Shown here: positions 10,559-19,209 of the stretch, piece by piece | How the letters are laid out: each line of letters begins with the position of its first letter | Position numbering within the stretch: position 1 is the stretch's first letter | Source of the DNA: an uncultured delta proteobacterium | Lineage (GTDB): Bacteria; Desulfobacterota; Binatia; UBA9968 | Assembly (NCBI GenBank): GCA_963804165.1 | Contig: CAWDPO010000026.1 | Location: forward strand, 1-33,535 | Length of the DNA: 33,535 bases | Reading direction: 5' to 3' | Translations under genes and position numbers: made by a program | Notes under the pieces: model-generated | Database searches by the model: none | What the model was told of the DNA's origin: nothing | The model's input: only the letters and a program-made list of their open reading frames with translations

Positions 10559-11608
10559 ATGAAAGAGATTTTCACCGTTCTGCTTTTTCTCGTTACCTAT
10601 TTTGGATCTGGCAATCAGGTCGCTCTCTCCCAGGCTACTTTTTATCAAGACAAAACGATTACGGTTATTTTGGGAGGTCCTCCCGGAGGAACCGCGGACC
10701 TGAGGACAAAGGCCGTTACTTCTCTTCTCCGCAAGCATCTTCCCGGAAACCCGACGATCGTCATGGAGTACATGGAAGCGGGGGGAGGCCGGCAGGCGGC
10801 CAACCACATCTACACAAGGGCAAAGGCGGATGGCCTTACGATCGGCAGCATGGGTCCTGCGCTAATCGCCAATGCCGTTCTTGGCGCCATCGGTGTTCAA
10901 TACGACCTTGCCAAGTTGATCTACCTCGGGAGCCCCAATAGCGCCACGCAATATCTTTTTCTCACGCACAAGGAGGCCGGGCTGGTCAATCTGGAAAAGT
11001 TGCGCTCCACGCCTGGGGTACGGATCGGCGCGCAATCCGTGGGGCATCCGATTTACATCACCGGCCGGATCTTCGCACACCTGCTCGGCATGAAGGATCC
11101 TAAATTCGTTACCGGATACAGCGGCCCGGAAGTCGATATGGCTCTCATGCGCCGTGAAATCGACGCCAGGGTGAACATCGCGGAAACGATTTTTCAACGG
11201 TCGTCCGAGTGGATTGAAAAGGACCTGGTGAACTTTCACGCCGGCATCGAAATTCCCAAAGGGGACAAACACCCGCGCTTCGCTCATTTGCCGGAGCTCG
11301 AGAGTCTAGTAAAAGGAAGCACGGAGAGAAAACTTTTGGAGATGTTTCGCGCCTTCAATCCCGCCGGCCAGAACTTCTTTCTGCCGCCGGGAACGCCCAA
11401 AGAACGGGTGCAGATTTTAAGGGAGGCGATGCACAAGACTTTTACCGATCCCGAGTTCGCCAAACAATATCGAAAACTCACGGGAGACGAGGTCTTGCCG
11501 CTCATGCCTGAAGCGGTCGAGAAAGCGATCAGGGAACTGCCGCGCGAGGCCGCGGTCGTGGAGCTGTTCAACAAGCTCGCCGGCGCGGATCCCCTGCCGT
11601 CCCATTAA
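10559..11608 (+). CDS. Tripartite tricarboxylate transporter substrate-binding protein (TctC/Bug-like)
   Basis: AAGGAG RBS before ATG 10559; signal peptide; FYQDKTI, PPGGTAD, PGNPTIV, ADGLTIG, PPGTPKERV. Confidence 0.88.
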   Translation: MKEIFTVLLFLVTYFGSGNQVALSQATFYQDKTITVILGGPPGGTADLRTKAVTSLLRKHLPGNPTIVMEYMEAGGGRQAANHIYTRAKADGLTIGSMGPALIANAVLGAIGVQYDLAKLIYLGSPNSATQYLFLTHKEAGLVNLEKLRSTPGVRIGAQSVGHPIYITGRIFAHLLGMKDPKFVTGYSGPEVDMALMRREIDARVNIAETIFQRSSEWIEKDLVNFHAGIEIPKGDKHPRFAHLPELESLVKGSTERKLLEMFRAFNPAGQNFFLPPGTPKERVQILREAMHKTFTDPEFAKQYRKLTGDEVLPLMPEAVEKAIRELPREAAVVELFNKLAGADPLPSH

Positions 11609-11653
11609 GGTTTTATTCTCATCGAAGAATCTCATCGTCGGGAGGGAGCAGCA

Positions 11654-12193
11654 ATGTGGGCTCTTCTGATATTTGCCGTCGCAATAACGTGTCTCGCGCC
11701 TCAGGCAGCCGCCCAAATTCCCATGGAGTGCTATAACCGCTGCTATGTCAATTACGGGCGATGTCAGAACGTCCTGCAGTGTGAGGCGGCCCAGAACCAG
11801 TGCCTCGAAAACTGTGCGCTGGAAGCAGGCCGTCCGCCCCGCGGACCCGCCAAGCCGCCGCCCGGCGGCTACGGTGCCGATGCGTTGTCAAGTGACGGCA
11901 TGATCCTCGGGCACGCCAAAAACTGGGATACCGCCGAGGGTGCGCGCTCCGGGGCGGTCAAGAGCTGCGCCAAGGGCGGGCATGAGGGGTGTCGGGCCCT
12001 CTACCACTATCGCCACCAGTGCGTCGCGCTGGCGTGGAGCAAATCGGGACGGATGACGCCCAACGGGTCGTGGTTTGTGGCTGGCGCCCAGGTCGCCTCG
12101 GCGGCCAAGTCCGACGCCCTGGCGGCTTGCTCCGCCGGAGGTTTCAAGGATTGTTATCTCAGAAGTTTCAGCTGCAGCGGACGGGCTTGGTAA
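11654..12193 (+). CDS. Secreted Cys-rich DUF4189-like protein
   Basis: GGAGG RBS; signal peptide; YGA.A, A...A...C...G...C, QCVALA, A...AL..C...G..DC pattern. Confidence 0.75.
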   Translation: MWALLIFAVAITCLAPQAAAQIPMECYNRCYVNYGRCQNVLQCEAAQNQCLENCALEAGRPPRGPAKPPPGGYGADALSSDGMILGHAKNWDTAEGARSGAVKSCAKGGHEGCRALYHYRHQCVALAWSKSGRMTPNGSWFVAGAQVASAAKSDALAACSAGGFKDCYLRSFSCSGRAW

Positions 12194-12228
12194 TCGTAAA
12201 AGCAATTTTTATCCTCAATCACAAGACA

Positions 12229-12250
12229 AAAATGGGACAAGCTACTTTTG
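12229..12250 (-). repeat. Right copy of 22-bp inverted repeat
   Basis: AAAATGGGACAAGCTACTTTTG, inverted relative to 9498-9519. Confidence 0.75.
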
Positions 12251-12409
12251 GTCGTACTTCGTGGCCGTCCGCGCGGCCGCCCATCACTAATCCAATCGAA
12301 TCGTCAAGAATAGAAAGCGTGACCCCCTAATCACCTGCACATTTCGACATTTCGGGAATTATCGAAACGTGGAAGGTGCTATCGGAATGTTTTCCCCAGA
12401 GTCTTGCGC

Positions 12410-12550
12410 TGAGCGAAGCAGTTGAACGGCTGGAACAACTGCAACGCCTGAAACATTTGGAACGAGTTTCTTCAGAAACCTTGAACCTTGAACTTTGAAC
12501 GACCGTTTATCTGAAACGTCTTGAACGGAACAGAGTGAACGTTTTGAAGG
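12410..12550. repeat. 9-bp and 7-bp TTGAAC tandem arrays
   Basis: GTTGAACGGCTGGAACAACTGCAACGCCTGAAACATTTGGAACG; CCTTGAACCTTGAACTTTGAAC; ATCTGAAACGTCTTGAAC shared with 9389-9406. Confidence 0.75.
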
Positions 12551-12646
12551 GGCTGCAGTATTCGATAGCGGTTAAACGACCGGCGCTTTCGATGGTTTCG
12601 AGCTGCCGCGTAACAAATGGCTAGATTGCTGTAAGGCCTTCCGCTA

Positions 12647-12674
12647 GAGGGTCCGCCATGATTGGCGGACCCTC
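12647..12674. terminator. Perfect 12-bp hairpin downstream of 12697-13059 gene
   Basis: GAGGGTCCGCCA-TGAT-TGGCGGACCCTC; no U-tract. Confidence 0.5.
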
Positions 12675-12696
12675 CCACGCAACAGCAAGTCAGAAA

Positions 12697-13059
12697 TCAG
12701 TCATAGTAATGATCGCGATCACGGTCACGACGCGACCAACCGTAGTTACGGCCCCACCACCCGTCGTCCCGACCCCACCAACCGTAGTTATCCCCGTATA
12801 GCTCCCGCCGGTCTCTCTGGATCTCCCTTCGCTGATCGCGAATCTTCTCTTCGTACTCACGGGCCTCGCGTCTATCGCCCTGGCGAAGCTCCCGGTTGCG
12901 TTGGTTTCTTAGTCGCTCGAGCCGCTGGAGATCTTCACGCAGCTCCTGGCGCTGCCTGTGATTGCCCGGCGGGTCGTCTCCGGCATAGCCGCGTCCGATC
13001 GGGATCATCAGAGAAACCGTCAGTAAACTCATACAGACTATTGATAGTGATTTTCGCAT
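12697..13059 (-). CDS. Small secreted R/E/D-rich protein
   Basis: AAGGAGG RBS; signal peptide; charged helical segment; C-terminal GWWGR repeats. Confidence 0.8.
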   Translation of the reverse strand: MRKSLSIVCMSLLTVSLMIPIGRGYAGDDPPGNHRQRQELREDLQRLERLRNQRNRELRQGDRREAREYEEKIRDQRREIQRDRRELYGDNYGWWGRDDGWWGRNYGWSRRDRDRDHYYD

Positions 13060-13092
13060 TGCGTATTTCCTCCTTCCCTGTAGAGAAGAAAC

Positions 13093-13107
13093 GCAAGCCC
13101 CATACCA
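13093..13107 (-). promoter_or_regulatory. Putative sigma-54 (-24/-12) promoter
   Basis: Minus strand TGGTAT-GGGGC-TTGC fits TGGCAC-N5-TTGC, 34 bp upstream of ATG 13059. Confidence 0.6.
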
Positions 13108-13237
13108 GGTCGTAAGAGTTGAATTATCTTGGATTTACGTAAATGCGGAAGGAAATCGAGGAGGGAAATTTAGTGCGGACCTTGGAGAAATTTCGCCCGT
13201 TGCATCAACAACTACAATTTCGCAAATCAGGGACCTC

Positions 13238-13460
13238 AACGGCTTGAACGGAGCGCAGCGATTGAACGATTGGAACTCTTGCTTCCGGACTGTTGCCTGT
13301 TGCCTCGCGCCTCATGCCTATTTTTGTTGGCGCGTGGCATCGTTTTTCTTAGAGGTCGCTTTTCGGCTTGAAAAACCCACCGCTAGGCTCTTAAGCGATG
13401 CTTTCTACACTATGTTCTATTGTCAAATCAAGATGTTGTCGTGGTCCGACCTGGACTAAC
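13238..13460. repeat. Composite repeat: 9-bp array + heptamers + RAYT-upstream module
   Basis: Same order as 5092-5297 and 15620-15873; minus strand retains MPRAN codons; ends GGTCCGACCTGGACTAAC. Confidence 0.85.
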
Positions 13461-13478
13461 ACTTTTGCCGTGGCATGG

Positions 13479-13949
13479 TCAGTAAATACTTGGGCCATGG
13501 GCGCCTCCGCGTACCGCCCACGCGTAATTCAATCCCGCGCTGACATTGGCGTCGTTGACCTCGATCGGTGCATCGCTGCCGGCAACGTATAGAAAATTCA
13601 CAACCAGCGCGAAGCCCGGCTCCTCCGCAAAGGAGGTTGCCGACCAGTATGATGCTGGTTGCACGTTCACAAAGGGATGGCGCGCCGGAAGTCTCGGGGC
13701 GTTCGGCTTTTTGATGCTGGGATCCACTAAACTCGTCAATTCGTTGAACGTCGGCAGCCGCCACCCGCCCCGCCCGGCAATCGCTTTCTGCGCGCACATA
13801 AGTCGCGCGTTAGGCCACAGCACGGCCTCTTTATTTGGACTTCGCTCCCAGATAAGCCCAGTTTCTCGGTCCAGCACCGCTTCATTGTCGAACGCTTTTA
13901 GAACCCGAAACCGTAGTCGCACGTTAGCTATTTTTCTGTCCCAAGCCAT
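13479..13949 (-). CDS. DUF1566 (Lcl C-terminal-like) domain protein
   Basis: VLDRETGLIWE, A...C, GGWRLPTFNELTSLVD, YWSAT, AWAVRGG; GGAG RBS. Confidence 0.85.
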   Translation of the reverse strand: MAWDRKIANVRLRFRVLKAFDNEAVLDRETGLIWERSPNKEAVLWPNARLMCAQKAIAGRGGWRLPTFNELTSLVDPSIKKPNAPRLPARHPFVNVQPASYWSATSFAEEPGFALVVNFLYVAGSDAPIEVNDANVSAGLNYAWAVRGGAHGPSIY

Positions 13950-14238
13950 ATTTGCGCTCCTAGACTAAATTTCATCGCGACGAGACGCTTTGATAATCGT
14001 CGATTCTTTCACGAGCGGCACCAAAATCAATCTCTATCCCTGGAAGAGAGTTGTTCGGTGTACTGCACATAAGCAGTTGTTTGGGGCGACGGCTTTTTCG
14101 TGAGAGTTTTGCCAGAGAGAGCGTAGATCTGCCGTTGATGGCGGAAGCGCCGATGAGATGAGCATACCATTTATCTTATCCGGGTCGGACCAAGCTATGT
14201 GCTGGCTCTGGAACTTGAACGAGTTCTTTTCTTACTGC

Positions 14239-15354
14239 TTATTCGAGGGCGCCGAGCAATTGGAATTCATAGACGCCAACGGAACTGAAGCCGTGAGAAG
14301 ATATGACCTTAACTTTCAGATACCGTGCTTTCACGGGCGGGAACTTGAACTCCTGATAGGGTTCTTTGAAAAACCGGACGTTCTGCGTCTGAAACTTGCC
14401 GATGGGCTCGAATTTTCCCGTCGCGGAATCATTTCCCGCCAGCAGCTCGAACTCTTTCAAATTCCAGCTCTCCGTGCCAAGAATCAGCACCTTGAATGTA
14501 TCGAAGCTTGCCGGCTTATCATTTTTGAATCCGTAAACTGCCCAACTGCCGACAACTCCGATGTCGATGTACTGCCAATTTTTCTCGTCACCGTCGATGG
14601 CGTAGGGCCACCGATCGTTGGTGGCAACAACAACGTGGCCGCCGTTTTCTGCAGAAAGCACATTCATGCCAGATCGAGCTTGTGTCGAAGGCGCCGGCTT
14701 GGCTGCTGAGGCAGCCTGCTCTTCCGTCCCTCCGGGGCCAGGTTTTGTCGGAGCCGGGGCAATATTCGTCGTCGATGGAGTCGACTGCACCTGGTTTTGC
14801 GATTGAGGATGTGGCTTTTCGAAAAAGCCGGTTTGCTGAAGCACAGCAAGCGAACCAATTACGCCAGCTACGACTCCCGCCAAAACACCCCACATGGCCT
14901 TCGACCAATGCCGCGACCGCACTTCGGTATCGGTTGGGATCTGTCTTGGTTGGACCGGGGCACTGCCATCCATCATGCCGGCGACGGTCCGCACTAATTG
15001 ATCGCACTCACGATGCGAAGAATCACCCTGCCAATCGGAGAGATCTGCTGCTTCGATTCTCTTGAACTCAAGGGGAATTTTGACGTTATCGATCAACGCC
15101 GGCACGAGAATTCCTCGCTCCGCACCCTCGGCTGCTTCCGTTTTCACCCAACGGGAAGACACGGAGGTTTTGGACCAGAGAACAACCACACAGCGGGCCG
15201 AGCTCAACGCATTCTCGATCGTCTCGTCAAACGACTTGCCGGGCGGAATCTCTCGGTCCCACCAAACAGACCAACCCTTCCGCGTAAATGCATTCGCAAG
15301 CAGCTCAGCTTTCTCCTTATCTGCTCTCGCATAGCTGATAAAAATATCACTCAT
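14239..15354 (-). CDS. TIR domain - transmembrane helix - discoidin (F5/8 type C)-like protein, copy 1
   Basis: DIFISYARAD, VWWDREIPPG, VVVLWSKTSVSSRWVKTEA (TIR_2); hydrophobic AMWGVLAGVVAGVIGSLAVL; Pro-rich linker; AIDGD...W, ARYLKVKV, VYEFQLLG. Confidence 0.88.
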   Translation of the reverse strand: MSDIFISYARADKEKAELLANAFTRKGWSVWWDREIPPGKSFDETIENALSSARCVVVLWSKTSVSSRWVKTEAAEGAERGILVPALIDNVKIPLEFKRIEAADLSDWQGDSSHRECDQLVRTVAGMMDGSAPVQPRQIPTDTEVRSRHWSKAMWGVLAGVVAGVIGSLAVLQQTGFFEKPHPQSQNQVQSTPSTTNIAPAPTKPGPGGTEEQAASAAKPAPSTQARSGMNVLSAENGGHVVVATNDRWPYAIDGDEKNWQYIDIGVVGSWAVYGFKNDKPASFDTFKVLILGTESWNLKEFELLAGNDSATGKFEPIGKFQTQNVRFFKEPYQEFKFPPVKARYLKVKVISSHGFSSVGVYEFQLLGALE

Positions 15355-15390
15355 GGGGGTCATGATGATTCCATGCCGAACGGAATGCAA

Positions 15391-15572
15391 TCACTCCTGC
15401 GCGGTGCGCCCAGCGATGAGCTGCACGCTCTCGGCGATAACATTTGGCCTGGTGTCTTTGACCAAGAGGTGGATGTGATTCGCCGTCACGATGTAATCGA
15501 GCACGCAAAGACCGAAACGCTTCTTGGCTTGGAACACCCAGTGCAGATAACGACGACGATCACGGGCAAACG
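15391..15572 (-). pseudogene. Internal fragment of HUH/Y1 REP-associated tyrosine transposase (RAYT-like)
   Basis: FARDRRRYLHWVFQAKKRFGLCVLDYIVTANHIHLLVKDT...GRTAQE*; HUH motif HIH. Confidence 0.85.
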
Positions 15573-15619
15573 TTCGAAGGATTCTTGACCCTAAGTTTAT
15601 TGACCGAAGCGCCGGGTTC

Positions 15620-15873
15620 TAACGATTTGAACGGACCCCGGACTTCATCCGGGGGATTGAACGACTCAACAGACGAGTCTTGGTTCGGGACTGTTGCCTG
15701 TTGCCTCATGCCTCATGCCTATTTGATGGTGCCAGCCATGACCTGGCAGAAAGTAGCAGGTGGTCTCCTTAAAGGCGGCTCTTCTGCGTCAAAAAGCTAC
15801 CTCTAAGCCTTTAAACGATGCCTTTTATGCTACCTTCAGTTGTGAAATCAACAGCTTCCCTTGGTCCGACCCG
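15620..15873. repeat. Composite repeat (9-bp array, hairpin, heptamers, diverged RAYT-upstream module)
   Basis: TTGAACGGACCCCGGACTTCATCCGGGGGATTGAACG as at 5094-5130; CTGTTGCCTGTTGCCTC..GCCTCATGCCTA as at 13290; ends GGTCCGACCC 15863-15872. Confidence 0.8.
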
Positions 15874-15898
15874 CGACCCGATCGCGACCCTCGGCGTT

Positions 15899-17737
15899 TC
15901 AATCGAACGGCAGGCGGTCGCCCTTTTCTCTCCCGAGCGCTTGTACCCGCAACGCGAGATCGTAGACCGTTGGCGCTGCGAAAACGCTGCTGATCGGCAA
16001 CGCGATTTTAAAGACGTCTTGAATTCGCGAGATCATCCGCGTGGCCATCAGGGAATCGCCGCCCAACTCAAAGAAGTTGTCGTGAGTGCCGATCTGATCC
16101 AGTGAAAAGATTTCGATCCAGATCTGCGCAAGCCGATGCTCCAGTCCGGTCTTAGGCGGGACGTACGCCGTATCCAACTCGGGGCGATTTTGCGGTGGAT
16201 CCGGAAGCGCGTTCCGATCCAGTTTTCCATTGGCCGATATCGGGAGGCGTTCCAAAAACATGAAGATTGAAGGAATCATGTACGAGGGCAGAGTCAAAGA
16301 GAGCTGTTCGCGGAGATTCTTGATGGAGACTGTGATCGCCGGCTCTTTCTCGATGTAGGCGACGATCCGCGTTGAGTCTTCACTACCCCATGCGACGCTA
16401 GCCGCCGCCCTGACGCCATCTAAAGACCCCAGAGCGTTCTCGATCTCGGTTAGATTGATTCGATATCCCCGGACCTTCACCTGAAAATCTTTTCGGCCGA
16501 GATGAAACAGACAGCCGTCGGCGCCGATCCGGCCGAGATCGCCGGTCCGAAAGACATCGGCCGTGCCGCGGGCCGGACCAGTCAAAAAATGTTTGCGCGT
16601 AAGCGACGGGTCGCGCCAGTACCCCGGCGAAAGATAGTTCGAGCGCACGGCGATTTCCCCGTCTTGCCCTGCAGCGACGACCACGCCATGCTCATCGAGC
16701 AAAAATACCTCCGTGTCGGCGACTGGATAACCCACTGGATACAAAGAAGCCGGCGACTCCGCCGCCGGACTCGATAAATTCACAAGCTGGTGCGTTATGA
16801 TACCCGCTTCCGTCGAGCCGTAGTCGTAGATAACACGGCAGCCATCGGGCAGGACTCGCGCGCAGCGCGCGACGTCCTGCGCGCGCAAAGTTTCACCGCC
16901 GGTGTAAATCAATCGCAGTTCGGGCAACCGAACTCTTTCATCGAACGACTGCGTTACCTGGCGTAAGAGGGAAACAATCAACTGCGCGACCGTGATCTTT
17001 TCTTTGTCCAGCGTCTCGACGAAGGCTGCGACGGAATCCAGCGCGGTGAAAACAAACGCCGCGCCGTTCATCAACGCCGCGAGCAAAGCCCATAGGGTTC
17101 CCGTGTAAGCCGGGGATGTCGGGCTGGTGATGCGATCCGTGGGACCGACGCCGAGATCGCGATGATAGAGCATCGCGACGTGAAGCAGGTTTTGCTGGCG
17201 CTGCATGATTCCCTTTGGACTTCCCGTCGAGCCGGAGGTGTAGAGCACGTAGGCCAGTGAGTCGGGGGAAACAGGCAAGCCCGGGTTTTTTTCCGAAAGG
17301 CCGGATCGCAGATCATCGACGATCACGACGGAGCCGCGCTCATAGCCCAATCCTAGCGCCGATTCTAAGGTCTCGAGCTCGGCCACCACCAGGCGGGCAG
17401 CGGAGTCCGCGGTAATTTGTCGTTGGCGCGCCACCGGAAAAGACACATCGACTGGAACGCAGGCCCTGCCGGTTTTAACAACGCCGAGTTGAGCGACGAC
17501 ATGATGGATCGGATCGCGCAGTAGCAGGAGGATCGTGGCATCCTGGCCGGTGAGTTGCCCGAGGAGCGCATGCGCCAACCGGTTCGATTGCCTATTCAGC
17601 TCGTCGTACATCACGCTGCGAGCACCATGGCGCAGCGCCAGCCGGCCGGGCGCCTCCCGGGCAATTTCCTCGAACCGGGCGGCGAGCGATTGCGCGCAAG
17701 CTTGTCTAGGGAAATCGAAACTATGCGGTTCCGCCAT
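15899..17737 (-). CDS. Stand-alone NRPS-like adenylation-thiolation (A-T) didomain
   Basis: YDELN, LAYVLYTSGSTGSPKG, GGE, YGSTE, FRTGD, GRKDFQVKVRGYRI, LPISANGKLDR, carrier FFELGGDSL; intact 612 aa; no C or TE domain. Confidence 0.93.
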   Translation of the reverse strand: MAEPHSFDFPRQACAQSLAARFEEIAREAPGRLALRHGARSVMYDELNRQSNRLAHALLGQLTGQDATILLLLRDPIHHVVAQLGVVKTGRACVPVDVSFPVARQRQITADSAARLVVAELETLESALGLGYERGSVVIVDDLRSGLSEKNPGLPVSPDSLAYVLYTSGSTGSPKGIMQRQQNLLHVAMLYHRDLGVGPTDRITSPTSPAYTGTLWALLAALMNGAAFVFTALDSVAAFVETLDKEKITVAQLIVSLLRQVTQSFDERVRLPELRLIYTGGETLRAQDVARCARVLPDGCRVIYDYGSTEAGIITHQLVNLSSPAAESPASLYPVGYPVADTEVFLLDEHGVVVAAGQDGEIAVRSNYLSPGYWRDPSLTRKHFLTGPARGTADVFRTGDLGRIGADGCLFHLGRKDFQVKVRGYRINLTEIENALGSLDGVRAAASVAWGSEDSTRIVAYIEKEPAITVSIKNLREQLSLTLPSYMIPSIFMFLERLPISANGKLDRNALPDPPQNRPELDTAYVPPKTGLEHRLAQIWIEIFSLDQIGTHDNFFELGGDSLMATRMISRIQDVFKIALPISSVFAAPTVYDLALRVQALGREKGDRLPFD

Positions 17738-17793
17738 GGTCGCTACTCGTCGCGCTCAGACGCATAAAATTTCGCCGGGCGTTCGGGCCGCCG

Positions 17794-18945
17794 TCACGGC
17801 AGCGGGGCCGATTTGCCGCGCAGCAATCGCTTCGCTTCTTTGCCGAAGACCTCGCTGATGACGCCGAGATTCGGCGCCAGATTGGGGTTGAGGCGATCAT
17901 CCACTGCGGCGACGGCCTGAGCGACCTTGGGGAACAGCCGCGGCAGGTCTATGCCGATAACCCGCGCCGCGCCGAGCGAGTCTCTGATCACTTTTCTGAC
18001 CACGTTGCCGCGCCCCTTCGCGCCGGGCCGTCCGCCATCGGCGATGAGATGCGCGCTCGCCCGCGCATGGTCGACAACGACTCGCAGCGCTTTGCTCTTG
18101 GCTTCGCTGTGCAGGTTGCCGGCGCAAGTCGATCGCACAACATCGGCAATGACTCGAAGCTTCGGCGTATCGTGAACACTCAGTCTTCCCGCTACCACCA
18201 TTTCGAGCCGCTCCATGCCCAGGGCCAACTCTACGAGCGGCTGCGGCAGCGGCGCCAGTCCGTTGTTCGGACCCGAACGGGTGCGATGAGTGATGGTGAC
18301 GATGTTCGACACCTCTATAAATCGGCTTGGCTGAGTGATCGGATTGGCGTCGACGGCGGCCTCGCTGGTGGGCGCGGCGTCGAAAAACAGCTCGCTGTGG
18401 GGCCCGCAGATGCCGCTTCGCTCGGTGCCGGAATTGGCCCCCTCGAACCAAACGTTGGTGGAATGATCGCCCTGCCAAATTTGCCGCGGGTCGATTCCCG
18501 CCGCCAGATAGCCGTCGCGCGCTTCGAAGTCAGGGTGCAGAAATTCGCCGGCGACATTCCCACCGCCGAAATAGGTGACGTGAAGTCGGCCGATCGGCAA
18601 ATCGCAATCCTGCACCAGATATCGGACCAGCGGCGTGATCAAATCCGCCGTGCGCCATCCGCTACAGCGCAGCGCTCCCGCCATCTCGAATAACGAAAGA
18701 TGCGTTTCATCGGAAACCCGATCCATGTCGAAATGCCGAAAACATCGCTGCACCGTTGCGGCGCCGTCCAGGTGAACGGACTTGCCGGCAATCGCATCCA
18801 AAACGTCGACAAAGCCGACACTGAAAAGAAAAGATGTTTTTATGGTCGGTTGCAGCAATGAAAGGGCGGGTGAGCGCTGAAATCCAGCCGCGCCGAACGC
18901 ATCAAGGAATCGCTCTCTGATGTCCCCGTGAACGCCTTGTAACAT
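17794..18945 (-). CDS. Truncated, divergent alanyl-tRNA synthetase-like protein (catalytic + partial helical domain)
   Basis: DIRERFLDAF, QRCFR, HLSLFEMAG, RLHVTY, CGPHSELFFD, FIEVSNIV, LGMERL, LRVVVDHARA..LIADG, RG.V.R; 383 aa, no editing/C-Ala domains. Confidence 0.88.
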   Translation of the reverse strand: MLQGVHGDIRERFLDAFGAAGFQRSPALSLLQPTIKTSFLFSVGFVDVLDAIAGKSVHLDGAATVQRCFRHFDMDRVSDETHLSLFEMAGALRCSGWRTADLITPLVRYLVQDCDLPIGRLHVTYFGGGNVAGEFLHPDFEARDGYLAAGIDPRQIWQGDHSTNVWFEGANSGTERSGICGPHSELFFDAAPTSEAAVDANPITQPSRFIEVSNIVTITHRTRSGPNNGLAPLPQPLVELALGMERLEMVVAGRLSVHDTPKLRVIADVVRSTCAGNLHSEAKSKALRVVVDHARASAHLIADGGRPGAKGRGNVVRKVIRDSLGAARVIGIDLPRLFPKVAQAVAAVDDRLNPNLAPNLGVISEVFGKEAKRLLRGKSAPLP

Positions 18946-19209
18946 AATCCAAAAAGCCGCCGCTGATCAATTGTGGCATTGTGGCATATCAGCCGATTGC
19001 GAACAACGACTGAAATGGCGCTCGCACAGCCGCGTCACAATCGTTTTTTAATCAACGCGGAGCCGCTAGTTCGTTCGGGTTGGCGTCGAACGCCTTTTAC
19101 GAACCGCACAGACCCCACAATCTGCACAATCCGTGTGCGTCTGCTTGACAGCTTTCGCTGTGATCGATTATTCCGAAGCTCAGGAGATTGTACTGGAGGG
19201 AGGGCAGGC

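Noticed and set aside
17794-18945. Housekeeping alaS
   Set aside because: Less than half typical length, lacks editing/C-Ala domains and key specificity residues.
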